A stretch of DNA of 64,000 nucleotides from an uncultured Planctomycetaceae bacterium (lineage in GTDB: Bacteria; Planctomycetota; Phycisphaerae; SM23-33): the NCBI GenBank assembly GCA_964632015.1, contig CAZWAT010000001.1, positions 1,834-65,833 of the forward strand. Reading direction: 5' to 3'. Made by a program: the position numbers and the translations under genes. The notes under the pieces are model-generated. The model was not told the DNA's origin. It saw only the letters and a list, made by a program, of their open reading frames with translations, and did no database searches. This document shows positions 28,313 to 37,620 of the stretch, in pieces (the stretch's first letter is position 1; each line of letters begins with the position of its first letter).

Positions 28313-29514
28313 GGATGATAGTGCGTCAAGGGAAGACAAAATACGTGTCACCCAGCAGAAAGCTGAAGAAACTGCCGCGATGGCTTGTACCTGGACTGGT
28401 GATCACCGGTGGCGTACTGACGGTGATTCTTCTGGCGGTTCTTCTTGGGAAGCCTACGGGCATCGACGCGCCCTCGGGCAGGCCCCTCGTCAACGTGCAC
28501 GTCGAGCAAGTCGTCCCCGTGCCCGTGGTGGAGGACGTCTTTCAGATCAACGGAGTGGTCGAGCCTCTGCGAACGGTCAGCATTGCCGCCGAGGTTGCGG
28601 GGCAGGTTGAAGGGCGAGGTCCTGCCGATCGACCCTTGGAGAAAGGCGATCATGTCGAGGTCGGAGACATCATCCTGCGAATCAACACCGAGCTGCTTCA
28701 GGCGGACTACAACCGTTACGATGCCCAGAGACAGTTTGACGAGGCAGACCTCGAACGCGTGATAGAGCTGAATAGAGTTCGAGCAGCCACCGACAGGGAG
28801 GTCGAGGAGGCACGAACAAGGTTGCAGATTTCACAGGCTGCCTACGAGTCCGCGCGTGCCCAGTTGAGGCGATCCACCATCACTTCACCCATCCCAGGAT
28901 ACGTGAACTCGCTGCCGGTTGAGGCGGGCGAGTATGTCACATCCGGCACGGTCGTCGCTGACATTGTGCAGGACGATCCCGTCAAGGTTATCGTTCATGT
29001 ACCCGAGCGCAATATCAGTTATCTGAAGATCGGCGACACGCATCGCATTGTCGACAAGCTTGGTGGATCGATTTTCGCCAGTAATAACAATATTGACGAG
29101 TCGCATACGTGGGAAGGCACGATTACCTTCATCAGCGCTACCGCCGATACGGCAACCCACACAACACGTATCGAGCTTACGGTACCCAACCCGCGTCAAA
29201 GCCCGCAAAGGCTCAGGGCCGGACAGATCGTACTGGCCAGACTTTTGCGGCAGGTTCATACCGATGCCATCATGGTTCCCTTGCGCGTGCTTATTCCCCA
29301 GCCGATGAACGGGCAGCAGCGATACGTCGTCTTTGTCGAAGAAGATGGAATCGCCCAACAACGAGTAGTAACCCCCGGCCAGATTCGCGATGACATGGTG
29401 ATGATCGTAGGTGGCGACCTTGAGCCTGGCGAGATGCTCATCACCGAAGGTCACCGCTACATCGGCCCAGGCCAGCCTGTAAGAATCGTTCCGGCAAGCG
29501 AGGCGAACTGGTGA
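28309..29514 (+). CDS. RND efflux membrane fusion protein (periplasmic adaptor, HlyD/AcrA family)
   Basis: GTG at 28309 overlaps the tetR stop; an alternative ATG is at 28315. Single N-terminal TM, then coiled-coil and lipoyl/beta-barrel motifs (EVGDIILRINTELLQADYNRYDAQ...RSTITSPIPGYV). Confidence 0.8.
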   Translation: MRMIVRQGKTKYVSPSRKLKKLPRWLVPGLVITGGVLTVILLAVLLGKPTGIDAPSGRPLVNVHVEQVVPVPVVEDVFQINGVVEPLRTVSIAAEVAGQVEGRGPADRPLEKGDHVEVGDIILRINTELLQADYNRYDAQRQFDEADLERVIELNRVRAATDREVEEARTRLQISQAAYESARAQLRRSTITSPIPGYVNSLPVEAGEYVTSGTVVADIVQDDPVKVIVHVPERNISYLKIGDTHRIVDKLGGSIFASNNNIDESHTWEGTITFISATADTATHTTRIELTVPNPRQSPQRLRAGQIVLARLLRQVHTDAIMVPLRVLIPQPMNGQQRYVVFVEEDGIAQQRVVTPGQIRDDMVMIVGGDLEPGEMLITEGHRYIGPGQPVRIVPASEANW

Positions 29515-32500
29515 TCATTACTAATGCGGCAATCAATAATCGAATCACCGTAGCCGTGCTCGTGGTGCTTATCGCCATCCTCGGTGTGATGAGCTACCTT
29601 AGCCTTCCTCGCGAGGCGGCCCCGGACGTGCCCATCCCGTATGTCTTCATCACCACCATTTACGAAGGCGTTTCCCCCGAGGATGTCGAGACCGCGGTGA
29701 CGATGAAGATCGAGAAAAACCTCACGGGCATCAGCGGCATCAAGGAAATTCGATCCGCAAGCTCAGAGGGCGTCTCGACAATTCTTGTCGAGTTCATGCC
29801 GGACGTACGAATCGAGGACGCCCTTCAATATGTGCGTGACAAGGTCGAGCAGTCCCGCGGCGACCTGCCCACCGAAGAGCAACTAAGGGAACCCGTCGTA
29901 CGAGAAATCAACGTGGCAGAGTTTCCCATCCTCACGTTCAACATCTCCGGACCCGTCTCACCAGTTGTTCTCAAATCTATAGCGGACGAGCTTGAAGACC
30001 GTATCGAAGAGATTCCCGGCGTGTTGAACGTCGATGTCCTTGGCGCGCTTGAGAGGGAGATCCGCCTTGAGGTAGACCAAGACCGCATCGCCGCCTACGG
30101 GTTGACAATTCCTGAGCTGATCACTCTCGTCCCCTCCGAGAACGTCAACATATCGGCAGGTGGCCTGCGAACGCCCAACGTCAGGTTCAATGTACGTGTG
30201 CCCGCGGAGGTGGTTGACCCGACGGAGGTTTACGACTGGCCTCTCGTCGAGCGCGATGGAAAGATGATTTACCTGGCGGACATCGCCGACGTGCGCGATA
30301 CTTTTAAAGACCGCGAGCAGTATTCCCGGCTCGATGGGCAGGAGTCCATCACACTCAGCATCCAGAAGCGGGTCGGAGCGGACGTCATACCCATTGCCGA
30401 CACCATCAAGGCAATGCTAGCCGAAGCGAAGAATGTCGTCCCCAGGGATGTCACCTTCAGCATCACCATGGACCACAGCGACGATATCCGCATGATGGTG
30501 GCCGACCTCGAAAACAACCTATTCGCCGCCTTCGTGCTGGTTATAGTTGTGTTGATTATTTCGATGGGGTGGCGTGCGGCGGTGGTCGTCGCCACGGCGG
30601 TGCCCCTGAGCATGCTAATGAGCCTCGCGATCATATCGGCTTTAGGCCATACGCTCAACATGATCGTGCTTTTCAGCCTCGTGCTTGCAGTGGGCATGCT
30701 GGTCGATAACGCAATTGTCATCGTCGAGAACATTTTCAGACACAGGGAGCTGGGATACGACAGGATCGAGGCCGCCAAGAAGGGCGCTGCCGAGGTCGCC
30801 TGGCCGGTCATAACCTCGACGCTTACGACAGTTTCGGCGTTCATACCACTGCTGTTCTGGTCGGGGATCATGGGCGACTTCATGAAGTATCTGCCCATCA
30901 CCGTTATAGTCGTGCTTTCAAGCTCGCTGTTTGTCGCCCTTGTGGTAAGCCCGGTCGTTGCGACACTGCTGTCATCGAAGGTCAAGTCGCATGAACGTGA
31001 AACCCGCATCCGCAGATGGTACCGCTGGTTGCTCAATTCAATGCTCGAACATCGAGCGACGACGCTGATTGTCTGCATACTGCTTCTAGTGGGTCTGGGG
31101 GTCGTATTCGTACGGGTTGGCCCGGGGTTCGAGTTCTTTCCTACCATGGACCCCAGGAACTCACTGATCAACATCCGAAGCCCCCAGGGAACCAGCGTCG
31201 AGCGATCTGACGAGCTTGCCCGCCAGGTCGAAGAGCAAATCGAGAAGCTCCGCGGCCCTGAAGACAATCCGCACATTGACTATGTGGTTACCAACGTCGG
31301 CGGGGCGAGCGGAGGAGACCCATTCGGCGGCGGGGGTACAGGCCCGCACATGACCAATATCACCCTTACTTTTCCGGATTACGAATACCGGCCTCGCCCT
31401 TCCGCGGACATCATCGCCGAACTTCGAGGCATGCTCACCGACATCACTGGCGCGGAAGTCAAGGTAGAGCGGCAAAGAGAAGGCCCGCCAACAGGTGCCG
31501 CGGTAACCGTGCGCATCGTCGGCGAAGATTTAACCACCCTCGAAAAGCTGGGCGAAGAGGCGATGGAAGCAATTGTCGATGTACCCGGCCTGGTCAATCT
31601 GCGCAGCGACCTTGAAGCGACCAGGCCCGAACTTGCATTCATCGTCGACAGGCAACGCGCAAGCAGGATGGGACTCAGCACCGCGACAGTGGGCAACTTC
31701 CTGCAGACCGCCATCTTCGGATCAAAGGTGGGAACGTTCAGGCAGTTCAACGACGAGTACGATATAACCATCCGCCTGCCCGAATCGCAAAGGCAGGACA
31801 TCAATGATCTATTCCGACTGCATGTGCCCAATGTCACCGGCGAGGCGGTGCCCCTGAGCGAACTGGGCACATTTGAATACCGCGGAGGACTGGGAACCAT
31901 ACACCGCATCAATCAGCAGCGGGTTGTTACCCTCACCGGCGATGCCGAGGGAAGACTAGCGCCGGAAGTACTCGAGGACGTAATGAGCCGACTCGATGAG
32001 TTGAATCTACCAGACAACTATGAGATCCAGTACGCCGGCGAAAGAGAACAACAGGACGAAGCAAGCCGATTCCTCCTCGGCGCGTTCGCCATGGCCTGCC
32101 TGTTGATTGTGCTCATCCTGGTCGCCCAGTTCAACACACTTACCGCCCCGCTGATCATCATGACAACCGTAGTGCTTTCACTGATAGGCGTGCTGCTGGG
32201 GCTGCTGATAACACACCTGCCGTTCGTTATCATCATGACAGGAATCGGAATCATCAGCCTTGCCGGCGTCGTTGTGAATAACGCTATTGTTCTGCTCGCA
32301 TATACCCGCCAGCTTGAGAAACAGGGAATGGATGTAATATCAGCCACACTGTGCGCGGGTGAAACAAGGCTCAGACCCGTTCTGCTCACGGCGATAACAA
32401 CCACCATCGCACTCATTCCAACCGCAATTGGAATGGGTTTCGACATTCATACCTTCCGCTGGGTCTGGAGAAGCGACTCAAGCCAGTGGTGGCGATCAAT

Positions 32501-32636
32501 GGCGGTGGCAATTATCTTCGGCCTGACTTTCGCCACCTTCCTCACACTTATCATTGTGCCTACCCTCAATGTTTCGCTGCACAAACTCAGGACAAAACTG
32601 GGACTGGTGAAGTCAACCACCTCAGAACATTCCTGA
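29511..32636 (+). CDS. RND (HAE1-type) inner-membrane efflux transporter, AcrB/MexB family
   Basis: 1041 aa in a 12-TM/two-large-loop layout. GTGA overlap with the MFP gene. No outer-membrane factor gene is adjacent. Confidence 0.85.
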   Translation: MIITNAAINNRITVAVLVVLIAILGVMSYLSLPREAAPDVPIPYVFITTIYEGVSPEDVETAVTMKIEKNLTGISGIKEIRSASSEGVSTILVEFMPDVRIEDALQYVRDKVEQSRGDLPTEEQLREPVVREINVAEFPILTFNISGPVSPVVLKSIADELEDRIEEIPGVLNVDVLGALEREIRLEVDQDRIAAYGLTIPELITLVPSENVNISAGGLRTPNVRFNVRVPAEVVDPTEVYDWPLVERDGKMIYLADIADVRDTFKDREQYSRLDGQESITLSIQKRVGADVIPIADTIKAMLAEAKNVVPRDVTFSITMDHSDDIRMMVADLENNLFAAFVLVIVVLIISMGWRAAVVVATAVPLSMLMSLAIISALGHTLNMIVLFSLVLAVGMLVDNAIVIVENIFRHRELGYDRIEAAKKGAAEVAWPVITSTLTTVSAFIPLLFWSGIMGDFMKYLPITVIVVLSSSLFVALVVSPVVATLLSSKVKSHERETRIRRWYRWLLNSMLEHRATTLIVCILLLVGLGVVFVRVGPGFEFFPTMDPRNSLINIRSPQGTSVERSDELARQVEEQIEKLRGPEDNPHIDYVVTNVGGASGGDPFGGGGTGPHMTNITLTFPDYEYRPRPSADIIAELRGMLTDITGAEVKVERQREGPPTGAAVTVRIVGEDLTTLEKLGEEAMEAIVDVPGLVNLRSDLEATRPELAFIVDRQRASRMGLSTATVGNFLQTAIFGSKVGTFRQFNDEYDITIRLPESQRQDINDLFRLHVPNVTGEAVPLSELGTFEYRGGLGTIHRINQQRVVTLTGDAEGRLAPEVLEDVMSRLDELNLPDNYEIQYAGEREQQDEASRFLLGAFAMACLLIVLILVAQFNTLTAPLIIMTTVVLSLIGVLLGLLITHLPFVIIMTGIGIISLAGVVVNNAIVLLAYTRQLEKQGMDVISATLCAGETRLRPVLLTAITTTIALIPTAIGMGFDIHTFRWVWRSDSSQWWRSMAVAIIFGLTFATFLTLIIVPTLNVSLHKLRTKLGLVKSTTSEHS

Positions 32637-32831
32637 TAATCATAACCTCTTAATCAACCCACTTAACTACGGGCAAGGAGGTAATTCACCCCCTGCCCAT
32701 TGTCCATGGTTCTGACATAATTGTCCTTTACCGGGTCCACTATTACGATTTTGTAACGTTTCTTCATCAGGCCCCCGGCACACCGACAATGTAACTCGCT
32801 TTACGCTAAGCATTTCCAATTTTTCTTCTTT

Positions 32832-32848
32832 GTGGCACGCACTGTGCT
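32832..32848 (+). promoter_or_regulatory. Probable sigma54 (-24/-12) promoter of amt-glnK
   Basis: TGGCACG-cact-gTGCT matches the consensus TGGCACG-N4-TTGCW at all but one position. GG-to-GC spacing is 12 nt. It lies 55-70 nt upstream of the amt start. Confidence 0.55.
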
Positions 32849-32920
32849 TTTTATCGCGTGCAGCCGGGGCGTGCCTGGCGGGACTGGAAAGGAAAAAGAA
32901 TCGTGAAGCGAGATTGTCGT

Positions 32921-34249
32921 ATGTACGGATTGGCAGTTGTCGGAGTTGTGGTTGGTCTTCTGGCCCGACCGGTAATGGCCGGGGAGGCGGAACCATCCGA
33001 GGTCGTGGTATCCGTGGACACCCTCTGGGTGCTGCTTGGCGCCTTTCTTGTGTTTTTTATGCAGGCAGGGTTTGGAATGGTGGAGGCGGGATTTATCAGG
33101 GCCAAGAATGCCTGCAACATCCTCACCAAAAACTTCATGGACTACTGCACCGCCAGCATCGTGTTCTTTCTGGTGGGATATGCGTTCATGTTCGGACCTG
33201 GAAACGGATTCATCGGCATGGGCGGATTTGCAATGTCAAACGCGCATAACCCCAGCGGCGTACCGATCTGGGCGTTCTGGCTGTTTCAGGCTGCCTTCTG
33301 CGGAGCCGCCGCCACTATCGTAGCTGGCGCGATGGCCGAGCGAATGAAGTTCGGTGCTTACCTGGCGTACACAGCCGTCATCAGCGCGGTGGTCTACCCG
33401 ATCATCGGACACTGGGTGTGGGGAGGGGGTTGGCTTGCGGAGATGGGATTCGTCGACTTCGCCGGATCGACCGTGGTTCACGCCACAGGCGGGTGGTCGG
33501 CGTTCATTGGTGCGGTGCTTCTGGGAAGCAGAGTTGGCAAGTTCAACGGAGACGGAATGGCCAAGGCAATTGCCGGTCACAGCATTCCGCTGGCGAGCCT
33601 GGGGGTGTTCATCCTGTGGTTCGGATGGTTCGGATTCAACTGTGCATCGAGCCTTTCGGTCGGTGATGGTGAGCTTATCGCTCTTGTCGCCGCCAACACG
33701 AATCTGGCGGCCGCGGCCGGGGCCATTTCGGCAATGCTTACCGTGTGGATGCTGTTCGGAAAGCCCGACCTGTCAATGACCATGAACGGCGCGTTGGCGG
33801 GCCTGGTCGCCATCACCGCCCCATGCGCGTTCGTCGATCCATGGGCTGCGATCGTGATAGGCGCGATCGGTGGGGTCATTGTGGTTTTTGGCGTGCGACT
33901 TCTCGACAAAATCGGCGTGGACGATCCTGTCGGAGCGATTCCGGTGCACGGGATGAATGGGATCTGGGGAACCATCGCCATAGGACTTTTCGCCAGCAGA
34001 GATCTGCTCCTCGACGATATGGTCTCGCATGGATTGCTTCTTGGTGGCGGCATGGGTCAGCTTCTCGTTCAGTCGATTGGTGCGGTATCCGGCGCGGGTT
34101 TCAGCGTGCTGGCAATGGGACTGGTGTTTCTCACCATCAAAAAGACCATCGGCCTGCGGGTCAGCAAGGAAGATGAACTGCGGGGGCTGGACATCGGTGA
34201 ACATGGGCTGGAAGCATACGCGGGTTTCCAGGTCTTCAGCAATATTTGA
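32921..34249 (+). CDS. amt: Ammonium transporter (Amt/AmtB) with signal peptide
   Basis: ATG at 32921; an alternative GTG at 32903 has an AAGGAAA RBS. Signal peptide MYGLAVVGVVVGLLARPVMA. Signature FFMQAGFGMVEAGFIR and an 11-TM layout. Confidence 0.85.
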   Translation: MYGLAVVGVVVGLLARPVMAGEAEPSEVVVSVDTLWVLLGAFLVFFMQAGFGMVEAGFIRAKNACNILTKNFMDYCTASIVFFLVGYAFMFGPGNGFIGMGGFAMSNAHNPSGVPIWAFWLFQAAFCGAAATIVAGAMAERMKFGAYLAYTAVISAVVYPIIGHWVWGGGWLAEMGFVDFAGSTVVHATGGWSAFIGAVLLGSRVGKFNGDGMAKAIAGHSIPLASLGVFILWFGWFGFNCASSLSVGDGELIALVAANTNLAAAAGAISAMLTVWMLFGKPDLSMTMNGALAGLVAITAPCAFVDPWAAIVIGAIGGVIVVFGVRLLDKIGVDDPVGAIPVHGMNGIWGTIAIGLFASRDLLLDDMVSHGLLLGGGMGQLLVQSIGAVSGAGFSVLAMGLVFLTIKKTIGLRVSKEDELRGLDIGEHGLEAYAGFQVFSNI

Positions 34250-34274
34250 TTATCCTCATGTGGAGAATTGACAA

Positions 34275-34616
34275 GTGAAACTAATCATTGCCTACATTCA
34301 ACCCGAAAAGCTTAATGACGTTAAACAGTCACTTTACGCCGCCGAAGTATTCAGGCTATCCGTTACCAATGCCATGGGCTGCGGACAGCAGAAAGGCTAC
34401 CAGGAGACATATCGCGGCGTGGACATAGAGGTAAATCTGCTCAAAAAGGTAAGAATCGAGATCGCCGTCAATGACGACTTTGTCACTCCCACCATCGACG
34501 CCATTATCAACGGCGCGAGGACGGGCAATATCGGAGACGGCAAGATCTTCGTGCTTCCCTTGGAGCAGTGCTTCCGAATCAGGACGGGCGACACTGGACC
34601 CCAGGCCGTCGGCTGA
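34275..34616 (+). CDS. glnK: Nitrogen regulatory protein P-II (GlnK-type, amt-linked)
   Basis: 113 aa with a T-loop ([12 protein letters not shown]) that keeps the Tyr in YRG. It lies immediately downstream of amt. Confidence 0.8.
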   Translation: MKLIIAYIQPEKLNDVKQSLYAAEVFRLSVTNAMGCGQQKGYQETYRGVDIEVNLLKKVRIEIAVNDDFVTPTIDAIINGARTGNIGDGKIFVLPLEQCFRIRTGDTGPQAVG

Positions 34617-34660
34617 TGCGACAACAACTGAACCGACTGTATTTACAAGGACACGATCAC

Positions 34661-35629
34661 ATGCGTATTAACAACAAGCTATCAGCAATCATGACAATTT
34701 TGACCATTGCGTCATTCGCCGGTGGACAGCAGGCTATGTCTCAGCCGACGGATCCCACCACACCAACCTCTTCAGGACCACAATGGCAAAAGCCCTTTCC
34801 CCTGGGCTTTTCGCTGGAGTACACGCTGGTTAGCGACTTCGTCTGGCGAGGGATGAACCTGAGTGAATATCCCGGCGAGGGCAGAGAAAAGCCCAATCAC
34901 CAGCTCTGCGCAACAATGGAACTTGATACTACGGACATTCTAGGGGAAGGCACATATTTCGGCACGCTGGGTGGATCAGTGTGGTTCCAGTGGTATGCCG
35001 CCCAGCAAAGACTCACGCCATGGGCGGATACGAACCTGCAGGAAGTCGACTTCGGCGTAAGCTGGACCTACGAAATCGACACGATCAACACATCAGTGGA
35101 GCTTGGTTGGCTGGCTTATCACTTTCCGCCTTATCGCAGGTCCGGCTCGCCAGAATCCGATGTAAGCTCGACATGCGAGGTCTACGCTAAAGTGAGCTTC
35201 GACGACAGCCTGATCTTTGGCAGGTCGCTGTTCAATCCATACATTGCCTACTACCACGACATGGACCTGGTGAAGGCAGGATGGTTTGAGTTGGGCGTAA
35301 GCCACGATTTTGAACTATCCCAACTGGGCATGAATGATATGCCGGTTCTCAAGGATATCACCATCACTCCATCGGTTGTGCTGGGCATATCCCACAGGTT
35401 TTATGACAAGGGCGACGTCGGTAGCGCAAACTCAGTCGCTACAAGGCTTGGCAATTTGGAGTACGGGCTTGATATTACATACGACCTGTCCGGGGCGCTT
35501 GGCATGCCTCAAAAATACGGAACCCTCTCAATTGGAGGGTTTATTAACTTTTCACAGGCGTTTCACAACACCAGCCCAGACATCAACGATGTGCTGTATG
35601 GAGGCATGACATTGGGTTATTCCTGGTAG
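34661..35629 (+). CDS. Predicted outer-membrane beta-barrel protein (paralog 1)
   Basis: ATG at 34661. Signal peptide MRINNKLSAIMTILTIASFAGGQQAMS. Alternating-hydrophobic strands. C-terminal LGYSW ends in an aromatic residue, as OMPs do. Shares the motif WRGMNLSEYPGEGRE with the downstream paralog. Only 45 nt after glnK, with no terminator between. Confidence 0.55.
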   Translation: MRINNKLSAIMTILTIASFAGGQQAMSQPTDPTTPTSSGPQWQKPFPLGFSLEYTLVSDFVWRGMNLSEYPGEGREKPNHQLCATMELDTTDILGEGTYFGTLGGSVWFQWYAAQQRLTPWADTNLQEVDFGVSWTYEIDTINTSVELGWLAYHFPPYRRSGSPESDVSSTCEVYAKVSFDDSLIFGRSLFNPYIAYYHDMDLVKAGWFELGVSHDFELSQLGMNDMPVLKDITITPSVVLGISHRFYDKGDVGSANSVATRLGNLEYGLDITYDLSGALGMPQKYGTLSIGGFINFSQAFHNTSPDINDVLYGGMTLGYSW

Positions 35630-35648
35630 CGTTGCACGTATTCTTCCC

Positions 35649-35686
35649 GCCGTCGGCTTGAGTCGTCAGGCCGGCGGCTTTTTTTT
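35649..35686 (+). terminator. Rho-independent terminator after OMP paralog 1
   Basis: 9-bp stem GCCGTCGGC / GCCGGCGGC (one G.U pair) with a 12-nt loop, followed by T8. Confidence 0.6.
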
Positions 35687-35890
35687 GCTCCGTTTTCCGC
35701 TGCCCCCGTCAGGTATTTCAGAGATGGAGCAAAATAAAAAAAAACATACCCGATTTGGTTTCGTCTTCTCAGCCTGCCTATAAATGGCGTGAGTCAAATC
35801 CCTGTGTATGACGTGGGGGGGATTGATCAGCCGCACATGAGCGGCAGTAGAAGGACGAATAGAATGGACTTCATAGAAGGAGATTCAGGC

Positions 35891-37066
35891 ATGAATGTTC
35901 GAAAAGGGCTATGGTTGAACGCAACGGTCGTTCTGGTAATGGTTGTGGCAAGCAGCACGGGGTCGCTGCTTGCTCAGCAGCGGGTGGATACCGCTGATCG
36001 ACCCGGCGCATGCCCCCCTGCTCCGGCAGCGAGGTCCGGGGACAGCCAGATTATTGGTGATCCCGCCGCTTGTCCCCCGGGAGTGGTGGCGGAAGGCGAG
36101 TCCCGTGATACACGGGGTCGCGATGATGTTTTTCGGTTCGATCGTTATGATCGTGGCGACGACGCCGCTACCGAGGTGGCTGCCGACATATGGGCGGTTC
36201 ACAATGGCGCCATGCCCAAAGTCAAGGCCCCAAGGGCGGAGCGTTCCCATCCCGACAAGCCCATTCCGCTGAGTTTCATAGTGAGTTACGGTGTTGCCAC
36301 CGACCACGTCTGGCGAGGCATTAACTGGAGTGAATATCCAGGCGAGGGAAGGGAACGATGCAACCAGCAGGCCGGTGCGGGTATCGAGTTTGACACCGGG
36401 GCATTCGGTGTCTTCGGCGGTTCCGTGTGGTTTGATTGGTTCCACGGTACAGAACAACTTGCAGGAAGAAGCATAGGTGTTCCCCTTGAGAGCAACTACA
36501 CCGCGTATTGGCGGTATCCTATTCGTGCTATCAGCACCGACATCGAGGTGGGCTGGAGTTACATCCGCTTCAACGCGTTCCGCGAAACAAGCCAGGAACT
36601 TTACGCCCGCATCCAGTTCGATGACAGCGGTCTGTGGGGAACGCAAAGCGCCTTCCTTAATCCTTATGTCTTCTATGCTATTGAATACCACCATACCGAC
36701 TGGACGTCCTGGCTGGAGTTGGGTGTCCAACCACGCTGGGTAATGGCCGATGTCCCGGCGCTGCGTGAGGTACCGGTAGTGCGGGACTTCTGGATCTCAC
36801 CGCACCTGTCAGTCTCTTGGGATTGCGACTATGTTGGAAACATGATTACCGTAAATCCCAATGTTACCGATTCAGGGCCTACCAACCGATGCGCAAACGC
36901 CGTCGCCGGAGTGGAGCTTGGATATGACCTCGGGCATGCGTTCAACGTGCCTGCCAGGTACGGCTCGATCGTTATCATAGGCTTTATCGACTACTCGTAC
37001 GCGTTAGGATCCGAAGAGCTCAGCGACGAGCTGTGGGGTGGAGTCAAGCTGGCATACCTGTGGTAA
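35891..37066 (+). CDS. Predicted outer-membrane beta-barrel protein (paralog 2)
   Basis: ATG at 35891 with GAAGGAG RBS. Signal peptide LNATVVLVMVVASSTGSLLAQQ. Carries WRGINWSEYPGEGRE. C-terminal KLAYLW ends in an aromatic residue. Confidence 0.55.
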   Translation: MNVRKGLWLNATVVLVMVVASSTGSLLAQQRVDTADRPGACPPAPAARSGDSQIIGDPAACPPGVVAEGESRDTRGRDDVFRFDRYDRGDDAATEVAADIWAVHNGAMPKVKAPRAERSHPDKPIPLSFIVSYGVATDHVWRGINWSEYPGEGRERCNQQAGAGIEFDTGAFGVFGGSVWFDWFHGTEQLAGRSIGVPLESNYTAYWRYPIRAISTDIEVGWSYIRFNAFRETSQELYARIQFDDSGLWGTQSAFLNPYVFYAIEYHHTDWTSWLELGVQPRWVMADVPALREVPVVRDFWISPHLSVSWDCDYVGNMITVNPNVTDSGPTNRCANAVAGVELGYDLGHAFNVPARYGSIVIIGFIDYSYALGSEELSDELWGGVKLAYLW

Positions 37067-37620
37067 AGATGATGTAGAATCACCTTCCGCATGACTGCGC
37101 GGAAACAGAAGCACGGCTTGGGTCGCTGCGGGAGTGGCCTGGGCCGTGCATCTTTATTAAGATTAGTTGCACAATTTTGTAATCTTCATGGAACTTTATT
37201 CACAAATATGTAGCATTCCTCTGAACGCCCGCCCCCTCTTCATATTTGCATAACTCGGTCATATACCACCACTTAGGCAGATCCTTTTATTTTGGCATGG
37301 CGTATGCTTATCAATTGGTTGCACTTGTGATTTGACAGGACATCGGGCCTGCCCGGAGGGCTGAGAGTGTCGGCCTTCCGGCCTGGCTGGCGATCCGCTG
37401 CCTGGGCGGACGCTGGATGTTCTTTTTCCCACCCGACCGGTGTTCACAGCGCCGGTCGGGACATATTCATCATCTCAAAAACAGGACGATATGCAAAGAT
37501 TCCGGGACGATTCCATAATCCTGGCGATTATTTGAGGTACAGGCGTCTCGTGTGCATATCATTCGCTTGACTTCATGTCGAGCCAATAGCTACTTTGCAG
37601 TTGAAATTCAGGAGCCTACC

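Noticed and set aside
32667-32996. 109-aa minus-strand ORF overlapping the amt promoter and start.
   Set aside because: It overlaps the sigma54 promoter and the amt signal peptide on the opposite strand. It has a proline-rich low-complexity composition and no start context.
35688-35745. T8-GCTCC ... GGAGC-A4TA9 symmetric element between the two OMP paralogs.
   Set aside because: The stem is only 5 bp with a 33-nt loop. The T8 tract already belongs to the upstream terminator hairpin. The A-tract is more plausibly an UP-like promoter-proximal element than a second terminator.
37567-37596. TTGACT -35-like hexamer upstream of the 37621 oxidoreductase gene.
   Set aside because: No acceptable -10 hexamer lies at 15-19 bp spacing (the candidates are TAGCTA and CTACTT). 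Not reported as a promoter.
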